Shown here: one piece after another, positions 57,919 to 64,000 of the stretch
How the letters are laid out: the number at the start of each line of letters is the position of its first letter
Position numbering within the stretch: position 1 is the first letter of the stretch
Virus record (IMG/VR): IMGVR_UViG_3300027708_000015
Strand: one strand, 5' to 3'
DNA: 64,000 nucleotides
From: a virus
Taxonomy: Duplodnaviria > Caudoviricetes
Program-made: the position numbers and the translations under genes
The notes under the pieces: generated by a model
The model's database searches: none
Seen by the model: the letters and a program-made list of their open reading frames with translations, nothing else
Told to the model about the DNA's origin: nothing

Positions 57919-57926
57919 AATAAATA
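57919..57926 (+). promoter_or_regulatory. Late promoter AATAAATA
   Basis: NNTAAATAC upstream of SD AGGA and ATG at 57945. Confidence 0.6.
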
Positions 57927-57944
57927 CAGTTATTAGGATCAATC

Positions 57945-60900
57945 ATGAGTTCAACCACAAGACAAAATAATCTGCTTATGGCAGAAGATTGGCAAAAGAT
58001 ATATCAAAGTTTTAGGAATGCAGATTTCCAAAGCTATGATTTTGACAATCTGCGTCGAACAATGATTGATTACATTCGTACTAACTTTCCTGAAGATTTT
58101 AACGATTATATTGAAAGTTCAGAATACCTTGCGCTTATCGATTTAATTGCTTTTATAGGACAAAGTGTAGCTTTCCGCGCTGACCTAAATGCTCGTGAAA
58201 ACTTTTTAGAGCTTGCAGAGCGTCGAGACAGCATATTGAGATTAGCTCGACTGGTCAGTTACAATGCCAGAAGAACGGTAGCAGGTCAGGGATTATTAAA
58301 ATTTAGCACAATACAAACTACTGAAAATGTTGTTGACAGCAATGGGCGCGACCTTGCTGGACAATTTATATCTTGGAATGACAGCAGTAATCCCAACTGG
58401 TACGATCAATTTATCAAAGTTATCAATTCGGCACTTCCTCAAACTCAGCAGTTTGGCAATCCGGCGGATAGTGCTACCATTTATGGAGTTCCTACTGCAC
58501 AGTACAGATTCAATGCCACTAACAAAGATGTTCCGGTATATTCTTTTTCTAAAACTATAGCAGGTCGTGCAATGGACTTTGAAATAACCAGCACGTCATT
58601 CAATGGACAAACATTTATATATGAAGAAGCTCCAAAGATTGCAAATCAAATTGCTTGTGTGTACAAGGATGACGGTTACGGAGCTGGCAGTCCAGGCACT
58701 GGATTTTTCTTTAACTTTGTACAAGGAACACTCAACACAGGATCGTTCACAATCTCAAACCCCACTACCAATCAATCTATCAATATTGACACACAAAATA
58801 TCAATGATTCAGATGTTTGGTTATATGATTTAAATCAAAGCAATGGATTGGAGAACACACTATGGTTAAAAGTTCCTGCTCTAACAGGAAATAATATTGT
58901 CTACAATGCATTAAATCAAACCACTAATACAATTTATGCAGTAGCCACTCGAGTCAACGATGCAATCAGTTTAAATTTTGCAGATGGCACATTTGGAAAA
59001 CTGCCAAATGGTAATTTTAGAGTTTATTATAGAGTCAGTAACGGTTTAACTTATACCATTAATCCAGCAGACATAGTTAATGTATCAATAGTTATACCCT
59101 ACAAGTCTGCACTAGGCACAAGCGAAACCCTCACAATAGGACTCAGTTTACCCAGCTCGGTTATCAACGCAACTGCCGCCGAAACAAATGCCAGCATAAA
59201 ACAAAATGCACCGCAAACATACTACACTCAGAATCGTATGATCACAGGCGAGGACTACAATGTTAGTCCGCTAGCAGCCAATCTACAAGTGGCAAAAGTA
59301 AAAGCAATCAACAGAACATCCAGCGGCATCAGCAGATATTTTGATCTAACAGATCCTACCGGCAAATACAGCAGTACAAACTTGTTCGCAGACGACGGCA
59401 TAATTTATCAACAATTTTATACTTCAGGCACAACATTTTCTGCATCTGGCACCAAGGTAACCGGAGCCTACATTCAAGGTGTAATTGATAACACTGTGCT
59501 ACCTATCCTAGAAGATCCCAATCTTAGAAATTTCTTTTACTCAAATTTTATTACCTACACTTCTGCCAGTCTCAATGTGTCATGGTATTCAGTGACCGGC
59601 GATAGTAACAGCACCAGCGGATACATAGGTGGCATTGCATCTAAAACACCTTTTGCTGTAGGAACATATACATTGACAGATTTGAGCTATGTTAGGGCTG
59701 GCGCACTGATCAAATTTACTGCACCTGCTGGAAAATATTTTAATACAGCACAATATAATGCTGTCACTACTATACCAACGGTAGCAGGTCAACCGGTAAT
59801 ACCATCAAAGGGTACTAGTTATTTGTGGGCAAGGGTAGTTTCTGTAAACAGCGACGGTACAGCCGGGGGTGTAGGAACATTGTCGACTGGGTTTGGACCA
59901 ATTGTTCTCAGCAAACAAATCCCAACCGGCGCAGTAGTTTCAGCTGTAATGCCTCATTTTGCAACAACCTTGACTTCTAGTGTGCAAGCGTCGATGGTTG
60001 ATTTGATACTGAGTAATTCAACTTTTGGTCTGAGATATGACACTGCTACAACCAGTTGGCAAATTGTTTTTGAACAAAATCTAAATAACAAATCTACGTT
60101 CAGCTTGCAGTATCAGGGCAATAACAGTAACACACAGCAAGACGCCAGTTGGATGCTGTTGTTTACGACAGATACATTGATATACACTATTACAGAACGT
60201 GCGGCACGATATGTATTTGAGAGCAATGCCGAAGTCACATTCTATTTTGATGACAGCGTTAAAATTTATGATATTGTAAAATCAAATACTATTACAGACA
60301 CTATAAAGATACTTAATATCAATACACAGCCCGACAGTGCCTTTCCGTTCACGACTGACTATCAATGGCAAGTGGTTAGTGAATTTATTGGACAAGACGG
60401 ATATATTGATCCTAAAAAAATTATAATAACTTTTGCAGATCCAAGCAACAGTGGAGTAGTTGATAATCCTCAACAGTTTTTAGATATTGTTGCACCTTCA
60501 GTAAATTCATTAAACAAGTACATTGTTGAGAAAAAATATGAGATATCTTTAGGACAGGAAGACTACAAATATGTGCCTAATAATCCATCTACCGGGCCAG
60601 TAATTATATTGCCTACGCAAAGCGCCGCATATCCAGTAAGTCAATGGACAGCTGGACAATACTTTTATCTTGTTGACACACAATTGGTTGTGCAGTATGT
60701 GCCTACCAGTACTACTCAACAACTACAACCTACGTTGGATTATAAAGTCTATTCAGGTAGAGATGGGTTACGATTCCAATATACCCACGGTGCTAATTAT
60801 GATTCAAGGATTGATCCAGGCTCTAGCAACATCATCGATATCTACGTATTGACTCACAGTTATGATACTGCATTTAGGCAGTGGGTAGCCAAGGGTGCCT

Positions 60901-61457
60901 TGCAAGATGGAACCAAGCCATTACCACCAAGTCAGGACGAATTAAATACACTACTATCACCTAACTTGAATTTGATCAAATCAATATCAGATGAAGTAAT
61001 TTATCATTCAGTAAATTACACATTACTTTTTGGGCCAGCCGCCGACCCTGCACTACAGGCAACATTTGAAGTCATGATAAACCCTACATCAGCAGTGAGC
61101 TCGGCCAATGTCATAGCCAGAGTGTTGACAGCAATTAATCAGTTTTTTGCGCTTGAAAATTGGGGGTTCGGTGATACTTTTTACTTTACAGAATTATCAA
61201 CTTATGTAATGAATCAGTTGGCACCGGATGTGATCACATTTGTGATTGTACCAGCTCAAACAGGTAGATACTTTGGAAGTTTATTTGAAATAACATGTCC
61301 TAGTGACAGTCTTTTCTTGAGTTGTGCTACAACAACAAATATACAGGTAGTAGCTGGGTTGACCAGTACTAACCTTAAAACAGTAACGGGCACTGCACTA
61401 GGTGATACAGTGTCCAGTCAACAGATAACCAGTGCAAATTATGGGGCAAATAGTTAA
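57945..61457 (+). CDS. gp6: Baseplate wedge protein gp6-like
   Basis: YDFDNLR...DYI, ENFLELAERRDSILRLA, FADGTFGK.P, QNRMITGEDY. Confidence 0.88.
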   Translation: MSSTTRQNNLLMAEDWQKIYQSFRNADFQSYDFDNLRRTMIDYIRTNFPEDFNDYIESSEYLALIDLIAFIGQSVAFRADLNARENFLELAERRDSILRLARLVSYNARRTVAGQGLLKFSTIQTTENVVDSNGRDLAGQFISWNDSSNPNWYDQFIKVINSALPQTQQFGNPADSATIYGVPTAQYRFNATNKDVPVYSFSKTIAGRAMDFEITSTSFNGQTFIYEEAPKIANQIACVYKDDGYGAGSPGTGFFFNFVQGTLNTGSFTISNPTTNQSINIDTQNINDSDVWLYDLNQSNGLENTLWLKVPALTGNNIVYNALNQTTNTIYAVATRVNDAISLNFADGTFGKLPNGNFRVYYRVSNGLTYTINPADIVNVSIVIPYKSALGTSETLTIGLSLPSSVINATAAETNASIKQNAPQTYYTQNRMITGEDYNVSPLAANLQVAKVKAINRTSSGISRYFDLTDPTGKYSSTNLFADDGIIYQQFYTSGTTFSASGTKVTGAYIQGVIDNTVLPILEDPNLRNFFYSNFITYTSASLNVSWYSVTGDSNSTSGYIGGIASKTPFAVGTYTLTDLSYVRAGALIKFTAPAGKYFNTAQYNAVTTIPTVAGQPVIPSKGTSYLWARVVSVNSDGTAGGVGTLSTGFGPIVLSKQIPTGAVVSAVMPHFATTLTSSVQASMVDLILSNSTFGLRYDTATTSWQIVFEQNLNNKSTFSLQYQGNNSNTQQDASWMLLFTTDTLIYTITERAARYVFESNAEVTFYFDDSVKIYDIVKSNTITDTIKILNINTQPDSAFPFTTDYQWQVVSEFIGQDGYIDPKKIIITFADPSNSGVVDNPQQFLDIVAPSVNSLNKYIVEKKYEISLGQEDYKYVPNNPSTGPVIILPTQSAAYPVSQWTAGQYFYLVDTQLVVQYVPTSTTQQLQPTLDYKVYSGRDGLRFQYTHGANYDSRIDPGSSNIIDIYVLTHSYDTAFRQWVAKGALQDGTKPLPPSQDELNTLLSPNLNLIKSISDEVIYHSVNYTLLFGPAADPALQATFEVMINPTSAVSSANVIARVLTAINQFFALENWGFGDTFYFTELSTYVMNQLAPDVITFVIVPAQTGRYFGSLFEITCPSDSLFLSCATTTNIQVVAGLTSTNLKTVTGTALGDTVSSQQITSANYGANS

Positions 61458-64000
61458 TGGCTAACAATGTTATACCACCCGGAGGATTAGGTGTAAATTT
61501 CCTTCCGGACTTTTATCAAACCCCTGCCAATAAAAAATTCCTGCAGGCCACGATTGACCAACTCTACCAACCAGGAACTATTACCAAGACTAGCGGATTT
61601 ATCGGACGAGAAAACGCCAAGGCTGCCAACGGATCAGATATCTATGTAAAAGCATCCACTCGAGATAGACAGAACTATCAGCTGGAGCCGGGTATCGTAG
61701 TAAAAGATTCTTTAGCCAATGTAACGTTTTTTAGAGACTATCAGGATTACATCAATCAGTTGGGAGTATTTGGAGCAAATACCAACAACCATGCTCGTCT
61801 AAACAAGCAAGAATTATACAGTTGGGATCCACATATTGACTGGGATAAGTTTGTAAACTTTCAAAATTACTATTGGTTACCTTACGGACCTACCACTGTA
61901 AGAATTTATGGACAGCAAGCAACAGCTATCAGCACATACACTGTAGAACTACAGTCAGAAGGCAATGTCAATGAATATCTGTTTACACCAAATGGACTGA
62001 CACTCAATCCTACTATCAAATTATATAGAGGTCAGACTTACAATTTTAATGTTAACAGCCCAGCCAACCCATTCAGTATCATGCTGTCTAGAGCAACAGG
62101 TACTTCTACCCGTTATTCTCAAGGTGTTATTAACAATGGAGTTACTCAAGGAATATTAAAATTCACAGTGCCTATAAATGCCCCCGACCTACTGTATTAT
62201 CAAAGTGAGTCAGATATAGCAGTAGGCGGAGCAATAGAAATTTATGATGTGCTTGCTGATTCCTATATTGATATAGATAATGAAGTGCTTGGTAAAAAGA
62301 AATACACATTGAGCAATGGCACTGAATTGAGCAACGGTATGAAGGTTGCGTTCGGTGGAAATATCACTCCGGAAAAATACGCTAAAGGTAGTTATTATGT
62401 AGAAGGTGTAGGCACTGCAATCAAATTAGTCCCCGAAACTATTCTAGAAATAGTAAGTCCTTATACCACTAATCAGGCTATAGAATTTGGCGCAAGTGCA
62501 TTTGATACAGCACCGTTTGATGATGCCACAGGTTTTGCTACCTTAAAGGACTACATAGTAATCAATCGTGCCAGCAAGGATCATAATCCATGGACACGAT
62601 ACAATCGTTGGTTCCATAAAGATGTGATAGAAACATCGGCAAAATACAACAATGACACTGTATCGTTGGATCAAAATGCTAGAGCAGTACGACCAATCAT
62701 AGAGTTTGAAGCAGATCTCAAACTATTCAACATGGGAACTTCTGCTATAGTTGATATTGATCTAGTTGATGATTTTACTACAGATGTATTTTCAGTCATT
62801 GAAGGCACATCTGGGTACAACATTGACGGTGTACAATTGGTACAAGGGCAAACAATATTATTTTTAGCCGATACAGATCCTTTGGTAAAAAATAATATAT
62901 TCCAAGTTGACTTTGTCAACATACAAGGAACCACACGTATAGCATTGACTCAAGTGGCAACTCCTGTAGAAAATCAAGCAACAATAGTTCTACAAGGCGT
63001 TAAGAATCAGAGTCTAATGTACTGGTTCAATGGCACTACCTGGATCAAAGCGCAACAGAAAACTTCAATAAATCAAGCTCCGTTGTTTGATATATTTGAC
63101 GACAACGGTATCAGTTACAGTAATCAATCAACTTACGTGGGCACTACGTTTGTAGGAACAAAAATATTTTCCTATGAACAGGGCACGGGAATTTCTGATA
63201 CAGTTTTGGGATTCCCGTTAACATATCTAAATGTTTCAAACATTGGAGATATAGTGTTCAGCTTCAATTTAGCTACTGACACTTGGCAATGGAAGAAGAA
63301 CAGTGTAGCAGTCACCGGGCATGTTAATGCTGGCTATCTATTGAGTCAGGATTATGCTGGCAACGCCAAATATGTCAACGGCTGGCAATTGTGCAATACT
63401 TCAACTATTCAAGCCGCTATCCGAATTTATAAAAATTCTGGATTAAAAAATAAATTTGACATTGATGTATATGACAACATTGTCAATCTCAGCGATCTAC
63501 AAGTAAAAGTATACATCAACGGAGTCCGACTAGACAAAAGCGCATGGTCGTTAGTAAAAGGAACTGCCTATTATCAAGTAGTGCTATCAACGCCAATGCA
63601 CTTAACTGATGTTTTGACAATTAGAAGTTTTTCAGCTCAGCCTATAAACGCAAACGGCTATTACGAAATTCCATTAAACTTGCAAAATAATCCATTGAAC
63701 GATGATATCACTACATTTACATTGGGTGAAGTTACAGATCATGTAAACAGTATCATAGAAAATATACCGGACTATGTAAGTATTAGAAATTCAGGAAATG
63801 TTTCTCAGTACGGAACAAAGTTTGTTCAGCATAGTGGCCCGTTGAGCCTTGCATTATACCACATTACTTCAGAATCAAATAATGTTATCAAGGCATTAGA
63901 AACTGCTAGAGATGATTACAATTCATTCAAACGAAATTATATAAACATTGCTGGTTCATCAGGTATAGATGCAAATCCGATTCAACTAACTGAATTATTT
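61457..64000 (+). CDS. Large baseplate wedge protein (gp7 position), 5' part only
   Basis: TAATG overlap with the gp6 stop; MANNVIPPGG...FLPDFYQT..NKKFL...WDKFVNFQNYYW. The frame is open at both ends where I checked (848 codons); absent from the track because no stop falls in the window. Confidence 0.75.
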   Translation, partial: MANNVIPPGGLGVNFLPDFYQTPANKKFLQATIDQLYQPGTITKTSGFIGRENAKAANGSDIYVKASTRDRQNYQLEPGIVVKDSLANVTFFRDYQDYINQLGVFGANTNNHARLNKQELYSWDPHIDWDKFVNFQNYYWLPYGPTTVRIYGQQATAISTYTVELQSEGNVNEYLFTPNGLTLNPTIKLYRGQTYNFNVNSPANPFSIMLSRATGTSTRYSQGVINNGVTQGILKFTVPINAPDLLYYQSESDIAVGGAIEIYDVLADSYIDIDNEVLGKKKYTLSNGTELSNGMKVAFGGNITPEKYAKGSYYVEGVGTAIKLVPETILEIVSPYTTNQAIEFGASAFDTAPFDDATGFATLKDYIVINRASKDHNPWTRYNRWFHKDVIETSAKYNNDTVSLDQNARAVRPIIEFEADLKLFNMGTSAIVDIDLVDDFTTDVFSVIEGTSGYNIDGVQLVQGQTILFLADTDPLVKNNIFQVDFVNIQGTTRIALTQVATPVENQATIVLQGVKNQSLMYWFNGTTWIKAQQKTSINQAPLFDIFDDNGISYSNQSTYVGTTFVGTKIFSYEQGTGISDTVLGFPLTYLNVSNIGDIVFSFNLATDTWQWKKNSVAVTGHVNAGYLLSQDYAGNAKYVNGWQLCNTSTIQAAIRIYKNSGLKNKFDIDVYDNIVNLSDLQVKVYINGVRLDKSAWSLVKGTAYYQVVLSTPMHLTDVLTIRSFSAQPINANGYYEIPLNLQNNPLNDDITTFTLGEVTDHVNSIIENIPDYVSIRNSGNVSQYGTKFVQHSGPLSLALYHITSESNNVIKALETARDDYNSFKRNYINIAGSSGIDANPIQLTELF

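Noticed and set aside
1-64000. Stop-codon reassignment
   Set aside because: Core genes are intact under the standard code, and TGA serves as a stop in ATGA overlaps (48441, 50216).
52303-64000. Bacterial contractile injection system or tailocin locus
   Set aside because: Capsid, portal, protease, late sigma and gp46/47 in the same window show this is a complete phage.
1-64000. tRNA, rRNA or tmRNA genes
   Set aside because: No cloverleaf, T-loop motif or rRNA-like sequence was seen in the few intergenic gaps.

Overview
This is a 64 kb piece of a large T4-superfamily myophage genome (jumbo-phage-like), covering virion morphogenesis, in the standard genetic code. From 1 to 45.6 kb the genes run on the minus strand: a predicted membrane protein, a tape-measure candidate, then portal (gp20), core, protease (gp21), scaffold (gp22) and major capsid protein (gp23). 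These are followed by a long block of Thr/Gly/Ser-rich fibre or adhesin genes, including two giant paralogs (3701 and 2925 aa) and three tandem Gly/His-rich paralogs. The block ends in a late-expressed tryptophan-halogenase-family gene. From 45.6 to 46.7 kb (+) lies a gp26-like chaperone gene with a probable -1 frameshift extension. From 47.1 to 52.2 kb (-) is a sigma70-driven operon: gp55-like late sigma factor, gp47, gp46, a 2OG-Fe(II) oxygenase and a GIY-YIG nuclease. From 52.3 to 64 kb (+) are baseplate genes (tube initiator, gp53, hub, gp5, gp25, gp6 and a truncated giant wedge protein). About 12 T4-type late promoters (NNTAAATA) are visible. The most striking unexplained element is an approximately 345-nt multi-helix RNA-like structure starting right after the GIY-YIG stop codon. 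Other notable items are two structured 5' leaders, leaderless late genes and a back-to-back sigma70/late promoter pair. Family assignments come from motif recognition only; no database searches were run.
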